The position numbers and the translations under genes are program-made. Positions 1 to 12,305 of a stretch of 64,000 nucleotides of DNA are shown piece after piece. The stretch lies in assembly GCA_030704615.1 (NCBI GenBank), contig CM060734.1, positions 37,572,001-37,636,000 on the forward strand. Reading direction: 5' to 3'. Below the pieces are notes generated by a model. The model had not been told where the DNA came from. It saw nothing but the letters and a program-made list of their open reading frames with translations, and ran no database searches. Within the stretch, counting starts at the first letter, position 1. The number at the start of each line of letters is the position of its first letter. Origin of the DNA: Takakia lepidozioides. Taxonomy: Eukaryota; Plantae; Bryophyta.

Positions 1-466
1 ACGCCCGAGCGTCGCCAAAACCCACGCCCGGGTGTGGCGGAGCCCGACTCCTGCTCATGTTGTTTTTTTTGCCACGCCCAATAGTCGCTTGGCGTACCAC
101 CCGGCTTACGCCACGTGTTTTTGGGTTTTATGATGGGACTCCCGGGCAGGTTAGAAAAAAAAAGGGATGCGACGCCGCGCTGGCGCCCCCACCAACGTCG
201 TCGGCTGGAGGGCCGCGACGGCGAGACGTCGCTTGACGGAGGCCCCTGCCATCGACACGGACGGCCTGAAAAGCGACGTCCGACAGTCGCGGGAGTTGGG
301 GCGGGGGCTCGCGATCCCCATACGTCGCATTTTTGCGACGTCATTTTGGCAACGCCCATGTGACTACCGGGCGTCGCAAATTCTGCGCCTGCCGCGTGCC
401 CGAAAAGGGCGTTTTCCCAACGTTGCGGCGTGGCTCGGGCGTCACGGCCCCCCTTTTCCTATAGTG
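1..466. mobile_element. Non-autonomous CACTA MITE; left end lies just outside the window
   Basis: Ends in CCTATAGTG (reverse complement CACTATAGG) at 462-466. The window start ACGCCCGAGC is the reverse complement of GCTCGGGCGT near the right end. Many GACGCC/CAACGCC subterminal motifs. Confidence 0.7.
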
Positions 467-1399
467 AACGTAGGGAATGCTACATAACACCATGTTATTT
501 GGCCTGTTTCTGTGGTGATAGCTTAACACTGTCATTTCAATGTATGTGAAATAAATACTTAACATTGAGTGCTAATTACCATTTTCCTAACATCAACTTG
601 TCTCCTCCCCAATCTCATGTTAGCTACCACCGGCAGGTGTGGATCCAAAGTGATTTTTTTTTTTAATAACTTCCTTTTAACATTGAGTTAACTCCAGGTG
701 TGGCCGGAGCTTCAGATCTGCAATTTGCCAGTTTTTGGGTTGCATCCCAACTCAGGCTGTTATGGCCGGAGCAGGTAGCCCTTTCCGGCGGGGGGGTTTG
801 TGGGGCCACGTCACAAAAACCCCAAAAACGCTGCGGGCCGTCATGAAATCAACTCCAGGCATCGCATTATTCCACGGGGTGGAATCCCACGCCCCCACAT
901 GCTGCACGTTAGCAACCAGTGTTGTTTTTTGACAGGTAGCCCTACCTTTTTTGTGACAGGTTAAACTTTTTTTTGACTTTCAACACAATTTTGTCAGATG
1001 AAATTGAAACAAAAAATGAAAGAAGTGTGAACTAAAAAAAAAACACTAAAATAAAATAAAATATGAACTTCTTACAACTACAATTAGTGAAGCTCCAGTC
1101 GATGAATACATATGGTATTGTCTTTACTATTTTCCTGGGTTCCAACCCAAACATGTAGCATTTGTACCACTTATTCTCTAACTATAAGACTTTAGCATTT
1201 TTAACCTCTTCATACGTAGTCCCAAGCCTCTCTTCTTTGAGAGATATTCTCTTGGCTTATCAATGAGCTAGGAATACAATATGCCAGTTGATTGTAAGTT
1301 AAGATTTTGAGTCATGCAGGAGCAGTGGTTTGAATATGGCACCTCCTCCACAACAAATGCTTTTGAAACAGGATCAAGAGAGGGACTCAAGAAGAATTT

Positions 1400-1620
1400 T
1401 TGTGGCATTGTTGTGGCTGTGGGTACACCATGTAAGGGAGAACAAGTCAAACATGCACTACACGATTTGAACCAGCAATTCATTTTGGCCACCTGACTCC
1501 AGTACTTAATTGTGCATTTTACAAGGGTGTATCAAGAGTAAAGACCTAGAAACAAGAAAGCAAGTGCATTCCCACATTATCCAAAATGGATATTTTCAAA
1601 TATCCGTCTACTCAACACCC
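1400..1620 (+). pseudogene. Decayed N-terminal fragment of a PLS-class PPR gene
   Basis: CKGEQVKHALHDL ... QGCIKSKDLETRKQVHSHIIQNG, with a stop and frameshift. Resembles LCMTGRLKEALHIL...ECINIQGLAEGKQVHAHIVQSG of the intact PPR gene. Confidence 0.6.
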
Positions 1621-1738
1621 TGTCTCAAAAAAAAAAAAACTAAGAATGGAGGCTGGAGCACGCACATGAAACAAAGAGAAGAGCCTAAGTAAGCTTAGAG
1701 GTTTAAGGCTTGAAACACAAAGAAGGACATCAGACAGT

Positions 1739-1827
1739 CAGCGTTTTTTTATAGGCGAATTTTCTCCAGATTTCGACCTCAAAAAATAAAATGGAATATT
1801 CTCTCGAAAGTCCCCTGTTTTTCATAG
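1739..1827 (+). repeat. Truncated copy of a CAGTGTTTTT-type MITE family
   Basis: CAGCGTTTTTTTATAGGCGAATTTTCTCCAGATTTCGACC resembles TAGTGTTTTTAAATCTGGCGAAAAATCACCAGATTTTGACC at 45872. Confidence 0.45.
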
Positions 1828-3090
1828 AGACCCTCACACTTGTCATCGATGTCAACTAAGAAACTCAAAAGCAAGAGAAAGAGATAAGAACATGAGAATC
1901 CCTAAACTCCAAAGGCACCTTAAGCGATTGGGGAAGAGGGTCATGCGCCATCACCACCCGCAACAAGCCGCCTCCACAAAGCACATAAGCAATGAAGCAA
2001 AGCAGGCACAATCGCAAGGCACTAGAAAGGAGGGAGAGAACTTCCCATCATAAGCATCCTTGCTAAGCACAGAAAAAGCCAGAGGAGGGAAGATGCCACT
2101 GCATTCATAGCGGTGTTTCCCGCTGCAAGAGAGACAAGGAGCCGCCTTCGCGCCCCCCCAGGCGCTCGTCCAACATGGGTACGACACCACAAACGGGGCA
2201 GCCACCGAAGCACGTCCGCCATAACACTCTCCTCGTGAGCTCAGAAGCACAACACGTGCTTCTGACAATGGGAGAGACGACATAGGGTTGTCCCCCGATT
2301 ATTCATCCGTGGATGAAAAATAGTAGGACGAAACCGTATACCCTGACGGATTTCATCCGCAGCAAGGTTAAAAATAGGTTTTGGGGTAGGGGTTAGGGTT
2401 TCCACCGTAATTAATCATAATTAGGGGTAGTAAAGATCAATTCTAGGCCATAATCACATCATCCATAGACAGATCACTTGTGTCAGGATGAAGAAGTAGG
2501 GAATATCATCCGTGGCAACGCCTTACCTCCATCTAGGTAATTCTATCATTCCTCACCAAACCATCCGGTATGGATAAAAAGAGTCAATAAAAGAGGAATG
2601 AAAAATTATCATCCTGGTAGTTTTTCATCCAGTACGGATGGAAAAACATGATGTTGTTGGCAACCTCCATAGAGGTAATTCTTTTCTTCCATGGTGACTT
2701 ATCCGGTATGGATGAGAGTCAATAAAGGAGGAATGAAAAGGCCAAAAGAACCATCCTAGAGGTAATTCAGTGTCCATCCTGGTGGCTCAACCGGTATGGA
2801 TGAAAAAACCTGATAGAGAATGAGAAAACAAGAAGTCAACATTGATAGCAAACTGCCAATTCCCAGTAGAGAGGGAGACAGAGGGAGAGAGGGGGCACCC
2901 ACCAACCAGCCCCTGGTATGGCAGTCCCTTATGGAGTGAGTGTGGTATGCACTCACCCCGTAAGGGAGTGCATACTAGACCCCTTCATAAGTTTTCTCCC
3001 TCTGTAATATAGTTTCCCACCCTTGGACACATTTGCCATTGGGGCAGGAAAGTCCTACATCCTCTCCACAAACTTGCGTAAGCCTTTGAT
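1828..3090 (-). repeat. Direct repeat copy A (pseudo-LTR-like), downstream of the PLE RT
   Basis: Nearly identical to 11046-12305; both start AGACCCTCACACTTGTCAT and give near-identical 110-aa and 66-aa ORF translations. Confidence 0.95.
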
Positions 3091-3116
3091 CATGCTTGAA
3101 AGGACATTGATGAAGT

Positions 3117-4909
3117 TTAAAGGGGATCCATTGTACCTCTTAGCTTGGCAACAAGCTCGTGTAACGGGAAGTAGAGGCCAGGAAATGAGCCGTGTGTCAA
3201 GAACTTTATCAAGATTCGAACCAACTTTTTGGTCTTGAAGCCGTTTCGCCCAAGTGTTTGGATAAAGACACAACATTCTTTCCAGGCAGAATCAGTGCTG
3301 CAGGAAATGTATAGAATAGGGAAAGCTTGAGAGACGACAACATTGTAGGACTGATTCACAGGTCTGTTAGAAAGAAATTGGATGTACTGTGTGTAAGGGG
3401 AAGGCAACAGCCTTCTCTTATCATATTTCTGAAACTGAAAAAGGCCGGTATAAGAATTCAATACACTGATCTGCACATTCATAAAGCATGCCTCCAAGCC
3501 AGTGTATGGTATATCATCCTTGGTTCTCAATAACTCTGGTTTAATCTCCACCACATTGAGAGGGTAAACCCACCATGGGTTTTGGTTATTTCTATCTGTA
3601 GAAGGATCAAGAAACAGCTTTGCATCACCGACATTCAACCAGCATATGTCATCGATGTACCTGAAGGCTTACTTGAATTTAGTCATAAGCTGGAACTGTC
3701 CAAGAGTAGCCAGTCAGAGAATAAATTTAATCTCATAGGATAGGAAGTAAATGTTACACCATAGAGGGGAACATGAAAAACCCATGGGTATGCCAGAAAT
3801 TTGCTGCCAAACTCGATCTCCCAATGCAACAAAACAATGAGTCATCAACCACTTATGGAGCCCAAGCAATCTAGCTTCGGAGAGCTCAATCCACGTACCA
3901 GTCTTAGGAGAAGAGGGTCCCCACCTACACTTCCCGAACGTGTTGTTCCTGGCTGGGATCCATAGTGAGTGATTGGTTCGAGGGTGAGCAATGTGGTATT
4001 GCCGGAAGGCAATTTGAACCACATATTCGATGGCGGCACCCAAATTGTCTTCACCTGTCAAGGGTATGTTTTCGTAACATTGAGTGATGTCCGCGACAAA
4101 CACATCATGAATCCTTGCAGGTAAATTCAGAGTAAAATCAGAGATGTTGTCTATTATCCAACACATGGAAGTGGACACTTTGAAAAAACTCTCATAAGGG
4201 ACAAGCCGTGCTTTGACCCATTCCTTTACCAAAGGCAATAGATCCATGGTCGCACGTGTCAATAGACTGGCAAGTTCGCTGAAAATACAATTATGGGCAT
4301 TGGTAATCCAACGGTACTTCTTTTTGTGTAGCTTGTAAATTCCCATCATGTAGGGGAGGTTACACCCTACTACTAGTATTTCAGGGAGCAAGTTTTGTAA
4401 TTCTTCAGAAATGCTTCTCAAGACTGAATCGGGTGAAAGCCATACCTTATTTTCAGAACAAGGTTTGAAATTTTTACCTGTCAGCCGATGGTATGCTTGT
4501 GTTCTTATGTGCTTCACACACATAAAACATACATTATTGTTAGCCTTGTCAAGACCAGACATGTAAAGGTGAGAAAGAAGCCATGTAAGTTCATCCCGTG
4601 CCTCTTGCACAATAAAAGGATTTCTTTCATGATGATTGAAACGGCCATTGCATCTACTAGCTTTTTGTTTCAATTTGTCCCAACATGTGTTTTCAACCAA
4701 TGGCTGCATGACATCACCCAATTCTCACAAGTATCTACTTGTAGAATGTCACATGTCTTGAAAAAAGCAGAGCAGACTTGCTCAACCACATCCTTCAACA
4801 AGGTACGTTTGAGAGGGATATGATTCATACCTAGGCTGAACACGGCTTTCAGTCTCTCATGTCTGATGATGTTCAAATCCATGGTACGTACGTGCTGTTT
4901 GGGAACAGA
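3117..4909 (-). pseudogene. Penelope-like reverse transcriptase (frameshifted)
   Basis: HVRTMDLNII..LKAVFSLG, KLHKKKYRWI, ADITQCYENIP, QQISGIPMGFSCSPLWCNIY, RYIDD near 3650-3665, thumb YDKRR...SNRP. No C-terminal GIY-YIG seen. Confidence 0.85.
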
Positions 4910-5359
4910 CACTACAACAGATTGTGGCTTTTATGACTCCCATGGGTGCGCAGTCATGACAAATTTGTGGCAGAAATGCCATTTGCAGTCGTAAAATGCT
5001 TTTGAAGTCATAATGCAGGTCTAGGGAAGGCGTATATGCGACTGTATGGCTCCGGACTCTGCGCAACACAGGTCAAACATGTTTGACCACGAATATTGGC
5101 ATGGCAGATATGACTACCAGTCACGGTCATGGCTACACTGGAATGACGTGTATATATTGCTTCATGACTCTCACTCTAATGCATTCTGCCAGATCATCAC
5201 ATGGATGAATCACTACATGACTGCACGTGTCGACACATGCTTTTCTATTATATATATAATATATGAGTATTTATATTTTGAAAAAACGGAGACTCTGACC
5301 ACTAGAATGAATTAAAAAATAAAATAAAATAAACAAAGTGCAAAAATATTTAAAAAAAA

Positions 5360-5570
5360 CACATCGGCTGGTAAGTGGCACAGTGTGTCGCCCTAGTGGT
5401 TTGGGGTTCAAACCCGCTGCCCTTATCCCGTGTGTGGGATTGTTCGTGACGGTATGTCTGGGCGTTGATCGTCATGTAGGTCTTATGGCCCATAAATGAA
5501 GGCGGGTGAATTTTCCCCCCTCCTCAAGGGCCTGTGGTTTCCCTTAAGAAAAGAAGAAAAAGGAAAAAAA
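5360..5570 (+). mobile_element. Possible tRNA-derived SINE
   Basis: A-box-like TGGCACAGTG (5376), B-box GGTTCAAACCC (5405), A-rich 3' tail and A-rich 5' flank. Confidence 0.4.
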
Positions 5571-5705
5571 TCAAAAAGGGGCTTTTAGGGTTTACAAAAA
5601 GGTTAAAAAACTTAAAAAGTTGCCCATCACGGTAGCGTGAACAAACTTAGAGCAAGCGGGAGGGGAGAGAGAGAGAGGGCTGGGACTTAGAGCGAGCGAG
5701 CGGGA

Positions 5706-6761
5706 GTGAGGGCAAACATGCATGGGAGGCCCACAGTTGGAGCAACCTTCGCATCTGAAGCAATCAACCCTAGAAACGCTAGGGTATGTGTGGGAGAAAG
5801 TGTTTTCGCCAAAGTTCATGGCACATCCTTCTACGAGTGGATGGAGGATGCGGCTGGCCAACATTATGGAAAAGTGTTCCATGGGTCAATGACGATGCTT
5901 TCTCTCACATTGATGCAGGATATTCTGAACACATACAGTTGGTTCAAGGGACTTGGAAGCATTATAGACGTTGGAGGAGGTGTGGGAGCGTGCATGGAAA
6001 TGTTGGTGAAAAAGTATCCGAGCATTCAAGCCATCAGCTTTGACCAACCCCATGTTGTGGAGCTGGCTCCTCACTTACCTGGTATCTCCATCGCCTACGC
6101 GTATTCCCTTGGTTTTTCAAGTTCACTGATTTGAAGATGTGAAATGTGCTCAATTTGTTGTCTTCCTCCTTGGAGGGTTCTTAGTTCTATTGACTAAATC
6201 TCTTCCTTTCCCTTGCGTGGCAAAAAATAAAATAAAAATGTGCTCAATCAGTAAATGCTGCGGTAAGGATCCCTAGGATTCAGTGACCACCAGTTGCGCT
6301 TTGCAACATGAGTAGGAAGACTGCGGACCTCTTTGGTGTCCAACAATTCTGTACCATGTTCTGTAGTCAGGCTGGGCCTTCTTCTGGTGTTGCAATTAGG
6401 GGGTGTTCGAACTTCGAACAAATGACAATCATGACGCAACGTGTATACATATAGGTCGTAAGTGGAATCAGATGTACCGGTTCTGTTGAATCGACATTGA
6501 GAAGGTTACTTGCGAAAAGAACTTCGGTATTCAAAGCAGGATTACCATTGGAATAGTTATGAAGAGGCAGAGAGAGAACCTGAGCTTGGACCACAATCAT
6601 AACTTGATTCTACGAGTGTGACCAAAAACCTCCTCATATTGTTCAATATACGTAGGGCATTCTGGGGTAACCATGGGTGCATTGTAATGGGTGCAAGAGT
6701 GAAGCTAGTCGGTGGAAACATGTTCGAGAGCGTGCCCTCTGCAGATTCTACCTTCCTGAAG
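5706..6761 (+). pseudogene. Plant class II O-methyltransferase (COMT-like, Methyltransf_2) fragment, two exons
   Basis: SIIDVGGGVG...KYPSIQAISFDQPHVV..AP, then a GT donor at 6082. A 65-bp exon at 6697-6761 reads VKLVGGNMFESVPSADSTFLK; its acceptor is mutated to CAA. N-terminal dimerisation domain and last exon (WILHDW) not found. Confidence 0.85.
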
Positions 6762-7180
6762 GTTCGTTTTGCCCTTTACTCTTGGGAATTTTTATAACTA
6801 GTGCATCGAATCCATCATAATCATTCCCGAAGTAAGAGTAGAGTACTTATCTACATTCCAAGATCTCTGGAATCATTCCAGCATCAACTGTAGTGCTGCC
6901 ATGCACATCTTTTTGCTTGTATAAGTCGTTATACATTTGTGTTGACCTCCCAAGCTTAGCTGCTGCAGGCAACCTCTGAACCTCTAATTTGAGATCCTTT
7001 CCCAGCTTGTAACGTACATGATATTAAGTCAAATAGAAGTCAACTGGAATTTGCGAGCTCTTGAAGCAAATGATGTGACAAGGCTTAGGTTTCGGCTGGG
7101 AGCTCGCTGTTCTTGGGAGAGTCAGCTTCGTCTTAGCAGGCCGTGTTTCAATCTCTACCCGCTCGGCTCTGATTTTACAG

Positions 7181-8525
7181 CACGAAGCAGAGCTGGCATG
7201 AGTTTCTTAAAGATCCTTCACGATGGTGGGACAACCGCAATCGCAAGGTGTGGCTTTTTCTTAATGTACGATGTGAAGAAGTTTGTCCATCTTGCAAATG
7301 TGGGTTGTTGGCTCCTGTTAGTACCATGATTTGGTATTCTTCCTGATGTTTACAAGGTTCTTGGGAGAGTTAGCTTGGTCTTAGTAGGCCGTGTTTCAAT
7401 CTCTGCCCACTCAGCTGCACCGTGGTGGTTCTCACTGACCAATCCGACATTACCTAACTACAGACACAAGCAACACACACAAGAGGTCCTCTTGGGTTCA
7501 TGGTCAGTCAAATCCTCCATGGGTCATGACACAAGGTCGAGGACAATGTGGTGAGGGCACCTTCTTCTTCGACCTATTTCAGCCTGTTTTGCCCTCTCAT
7601 CAGACTCGGCCCTTCATTTGCAGCACGGAGCAGAGCTGGCATGAGATTTTTAAAGATCCTTCACGATGGTGCGACAACCGCAATGGCAAGGTGTGGCTTT
7701 TCCTTAATGTACGATGTGAAGAAGTTTGTCCATCCTGCAAATGTGGACTGTAGGCTCCTGTTAGTACCATGATTTGGTATTCTTCCTGATGTTTCAAGGT
7801 TCTTGGGAGAGTCAGCTTGGTCTTAGCAGGCCGTGTTTTAATCTCTGCCTGCTCATCTGCACCATGCTGGTTCTCACAAACCAATCCGACATTACTTGAC
7901 TACAAGACACAAGCAGCACACACAAGAGGTCCTTTTGGGTTGATGGTCGGTCAAATCCTCTATGGGTTCTTCTTTGACCTATTTCAGCCTGTTTTTCCCT
8001 CTCATCAGACTCGGCCCTGAGATGCATATTGAATTATATGAGTTAGCTCGTTGCTCATTGATAAGTAGGGTTGGGGGTGTTTGCTGGAATGATTGCTGTA
8101 TGCATGATTTTGTGCAGAGGCATAGATAGCCGAAGGAGCAGGGATAGAGTGTGGAAGAGGGCCAGATTTCAAGCTCCAGATTATCTATGATTCCTTGTGG
8201 AAGGATAGATACAAGAAACCTGCATGGGTAGATGGTGAACTGGAAGCCGCAGATGTAGCGGCACAATTGATAAAATCAGGCACTGCTAATAAAGGCACCT
8301 TCTTCAACACATTTCAGCCTGTTTTTCCCTCTTATCAAAACCGGCCCTAAATATCAATGTCTGCAAGTTAGCTGGTTGAGTGAATCTAGTTTGGAGTGAC
8401 TTTGACATGATATTGCCAATGTGACAACATGAAAATATCGAAAAACAGTTAACGAAGATGAGGGGAAGCTGTGGAATGAATATTTTTCTAACCCCAGTCA
8501 ATGGTGGGACAACCGAGGCAAAAAG
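7181..8525 (+). pseudogene. Captured, duplicated exons encoding OSB-type PDF motifs
   Basis: 7181-7247 QSWHEFLKDPSRWWDNRNRK|GT; about 7438-7525 NPTLPNYRHK..EVL/WVHGQSNPPWV; duplicate at 7624-7967; third half-motif about 8450-8525 KLWNEYFSNPSQWWDNRGKK|GT. Confidence 0.75.
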
Positions 8526-9026
8526 GTAAATGCCTGTTGGATTACAGAGAGTAGCAGATGCAATTGAGAATAAGAACTAGTGTGATAAGTTGAGTTGGGT
8601 GTTTGCTGGAACAAATGTAGGCTGTCATTGTCAGCTGTTAACAGCAATGCAAGGATATATACATGATCTGTGCAGAGGCATGGATAGCTGAAGGAGCAAG
8701 GATAGAGTGTGGGTCCAGATCATCCAAGAGAGCCGGATTTCAAGCTCCACATTACCAATGATTCCCTGTGGAAGGATAGCTACAAGAAACTTGCATGGGT
8801 AAATGGTCATGGGTAGATGGTAGATAGTTTGGAGTGACTTTGACATGATACTGCCAAAGTGACAGATTACAGAGAGTAGTAGACGCAATTCAGCAAGGCA
8901 CTAAGGCAAACTCTCCTTCCCCGTAAGTGTGTGTTTTGGTATCTGAGTGAATAAATATGTTATCTAAGAATATAATTTCAAAATTCGTTATTTAATAATG
9001 TGTCACTGTCCCCTGTTGGTCAGAAG

Positions 9027-9080
9027 TAATAATAATAATAATTATTATTATTATTATTATCGTAATTATAATAACAATAA
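9027..9080. repeat. (AAT)n/(ATT)n microsatellite forming an inverted repeat
   Basis: TAATAATAATAATAATTATTATTATTATTATTAT. Confidence 0.8.
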
Positions 9081-9418
9081 ATTAAATCCCCCAACACCCC
9101 CCCCCACAGCGACGCGTGTCAATTGATATGAGGAACCACGTGTCAAAATCGCGATGCGACACGTGCTGACGTCTGATTCCCTCCTCTGTAGTTGGGATGG
9201 CGTCGCAGTCTGACACGTGGCGTGTCTCTCTTACACAGCGGCTGACATGGACCCGTTCAATCATTCAGTAGAGCCAGCGTGTATGACTACCCCCATAGCT
9301 GCTCAGGCGCCACGTCACAGCCACGCTGGCGAGTCATATCTGCCATGCCACAACTGACTAGGGTTTTACAACTGTAGAGTCATGAAGTCGTAAATGGCTT
9401 TCATAATTGCATTTGCAG

Positions 9419-9850
9419 TCATAACTCACGAAACCTGTTAGTTCCATCACATCCGCATTCTGGTGCCATAATCAGATCTCGCATGAAGTTGAAGTCTCGG
9501 AAAACAACAGCAGGCTGGTAAAATTCAATGCTGCATTGTTTATGATAGGTCCATCCAAAGACAATCTCATCAACAAGGAGAGCCAAGTCTGGTTGTGCAT
9601 GAGTCACCAGAGCTTCCTTAATCAGGTTCTTGGGGCTGATCCATTCCATACCTCAGTTTTGGGTATAGCATATGTATGAATCCCAAGGGGGTAGGCTTCG
9701 CCGCATGAGTTATGAATTTCCTGCCATGGGCGTGGGTCTCAATCAGCCTGCAACCTCCCTCCGGTATGTTGAGATTCTCAGAATCCTCCAAAACTCCAGA
9801 GTCCAGCCCTTGCATATTGGTACTTGAAGTCACTTGCCGTGACTAGTGGT
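9419..9850 (-). pseudogene. N-terminal part of the same PLE ORF
   Basis: IVFGWTYHKQCSIEFYQ...PECGCDGTNRF matches the CxC region that precedes HVxTxDL in Naiad/Chlamys-type PLE RTs. Lies directly beyond the CACTA insertion. Confidence 0.55.
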
Positions 9851-9917
9851 AGTTTGCATTGCTGGAAAACATGGAGGCCAGGGACTGAAATCCCACAGCG
9901 AACTAGGTACACTGGAA

Positions 9918-10142
9918 AGGAAGAGAGTGGGAAGATATTCACGTCATGTCAAGACATGGACAGGACCCATAAGGGTCATTGTCAATTAAAGACATAAACA
10001 GCCCTGGATAGGGCACTATCTCACATTTCTAGTCTTGTCAAATCATACCAAAAAGACACCACCCAATCATCCAAGACAAAACAGGGTGGGAGGGCGGGGT
10101 TTGTTCTTGTGTGGGACAAGATAAGATATTGTTGTCCCTGTG
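9918..10142 (+). repeat. ~220-bp dispersed repeat, copy 1 (inside the PLE)
   Basis: Highly similar to 37880-38100 (ATATTCACGTCATGTCAAGACATGGAC...GGGACAAGA..AGATATTG..TCCCTGTG). Confidence 0.9.
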
Positions 10143-11045
10143 CAGGGCCTGTACATATACCAACAGCTTACCATTTCAGCCATTAATTATGGTAGGTCAT
10201 GCATCAGCCAAGGCATAAGGACCAGCCTGCAGTTTGTCAGAATCTCAATATGCCACCAAGCAGTCCAACTTGAGCAAGATGAAATAGATTCCATATCATT
10301 TGTATTCACCCTGAGACATGTGATCATACAAGGTATCAAGGGAATGTGAATGCAGCCTGTCAAATTGCAGGTTCAAGACTTGTACCAACAAGCAACATGA
10401 ACAGCCGAGATCCAGCCTCTTTTGTATATAAAAAATCAGATTGCAGGTCATAGGCCTGATGTCATGATGTCATGACAGATCCAAAACTATAGGTAGGATC
10501 CCATTGTAGCTTACCATCTTCATCCTTCAAGAGTTCCATGCTAAAACATGCAAAGAACACCTTACTACGATCCAGTACACATCAGAAGTAGGCCCGAAAA
10601 GGAGTAGGGCAATACCCTATCAGGTTGCCGCCTTAAACTTCAAGGCCACCAGGTCCATAGATACCCAAAACCGCCAAAAATATACCACCAAAAACCAGAT
10701 CCTCTTTGGCCAAAAGAACTTACAACCTAGCTTAATAATCCACAGGCTTTGCTGTCAAAGATCAAAAGGTAGGGTATGGTTTGTATGCAAGCCTCAGGAA
10801 ACAGGCCAGTCAGGCCGAGCTGCGCATCGGCGGCAGAACGACAAAGGCCAGAACGCAGGCTGTAGCATATCAAGCCAGGGGCAGTCGGGTTGAAATCGGG
10901 GGTGCAAGCAGCAGCCACCTCACCATATCCCAATCTGCATGCTCAAGAAACTTTCAAAGTAGGTGAGGATCCTCACCTGGTCCCATCACAAGCCCCCACA
11001 AAAACCAACAGGTTAGTGAGGATTGTGGAACCCCAGGTGAATCAC

Positions 11046-12305
11046 AGACCCTCACACTTGTCATGGATATCAACTAAGAAACTCAAAAGCAAGAGAAAGA
11101 GATAAGAACATGAGAATCCCTAAACTCCAAAGGCACCTTAAGCGATTGGGGAAGAGGGTCATGCGCCATCACCACCCGCAACAAGCCGCCTCCACAAAGC
11201 ACATAAGCAATGAAGCAAAGCAGGCACAATCGCAAGGCACTAGAAAGGAGGGAGAGAACTTCCCATCATAAGCATCCTTGCTAAGCACAGAAAAAGCCAG
11301 AGGAGGGAAGATGCCACTGCATTCATAGCGGTGTTTCCCGCTGCAAGAGAGACAAGGCGCCGCCTTCGCGCCCCCCCAAGCGCTCGTCCAACATGGGTAC
11401 GACACCATAAACGGGGCAGCCACCAAAGCACGTCCGCCATAACACTCTTCTCGCGAGCTCAGAAGCACATCACGTGCTTCTGACAACGGGAGAGACGACA
11501 TAGGGTTGTCCCCTGATTATTCGTCCGTGGATGAAAAATAGTAGGACGAAACCGTATACCCTGACGGATTTCATCCGCAGCAAGGTTAAAAATAGGTTTT
11601 GGGGTAGGGGTTAGGGTTTCCACCGTATTTAATCATAATTAGGGATAGTAAAGATCAATTCCAGGCCATAATCACATCATCCATAGACAGATCACTTGTG
11701 TCAGGATGAAGAAGTAGGGAATATCATCCGTGGCAACGCCTTACCTCCATCTAGGTAATTCTATCATTCCTCACCAGACCATCCGGTATGGATAAAAAGA
11801 GTCAATAAAAGAGGAATGAAAAATTATCACCCTGGTAGTTTTTCATCCGGTACGGATGAAAAAACATGATGTTGTTGGCAATCTCCATAGAGGTAATTCT
11901 TTTCTTCCATGGTGACTCATCCGGTATGGATGAGAGTCAATAAAGGAGGAATGAAAAGGCCAAAAGAACCATCCTAGAGGTAATTCAGTGTCCAACTGGT
12001 GGCTCATCCGGTTTGGATGAAAAAGCCTGATAGAGGATGAGAAAACAAGGAGTCAACACTGATAGCAAACTGCCAATTCCCAGTAGAGAGGGAGACAGGG
12101 AGAGAGGGGACACCCACCAACCAGCCCCTGGTATGGCAGTCCCTTATGGAGTGAGTGTGGTATGCACTCACCCCGTAAGGGAGTGCATACTAGACCCCTT
12201 CATAAGTTTTCTCCCTCTGTAATATAGTTTCCCACCCTTGGACACATTCGCCACAGGGGCAGGAAAGACCTATATCCCTTCCTCAAACTTGCTTAAACCA
12301 TTGAT
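11046..12305 (-). repeat. Direct repeat copy B (pseudo-LTR-like), upstream of the PLE RT
   Basis: Near-identical to 1828-3090. Confidence 0.95.

Larger units (their letters stand above)
4910..9425. mobile_element. Non-autonomous Pack-CACTA carrying captured gene fragments; right terminus lost
   Basis: Starts CACTACAACAG at 4910 exactly where the PLE ORF breaks. TTATGACT/AGTCATAA subterminal motifs cluster at 4930-5225 and 9280-9425. The PLE ORF resumes at about 9425. Confidence 0.7.

Noticed and set aside
1951-2283. 110-aa ORF present in both repeats as a real gene
   Set aside because: Conservation is explained by recent duplication; no recognisable domain.
2915-2975. SECIS element as in some Naiad PLEs
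   Set aside because: No convincing AUGA/GA quartet with AA loop, and land plants lack selenocysteine machinery.
7200-7230. FLKILHDG as the missing last OMT exon
   Set aside because: The alternative frame gives a much longer match to the PDF motif (WHEFLKDPSRWWDNR) with proper splice sites.
11510-11580. Hammerhead ribozyme in the PLE repeat
   Set aside because: CTGATTA rather than CTGANGA (CCGATTA in copy A), on the strand opposite to the RT, and no proper cleavage triplet.
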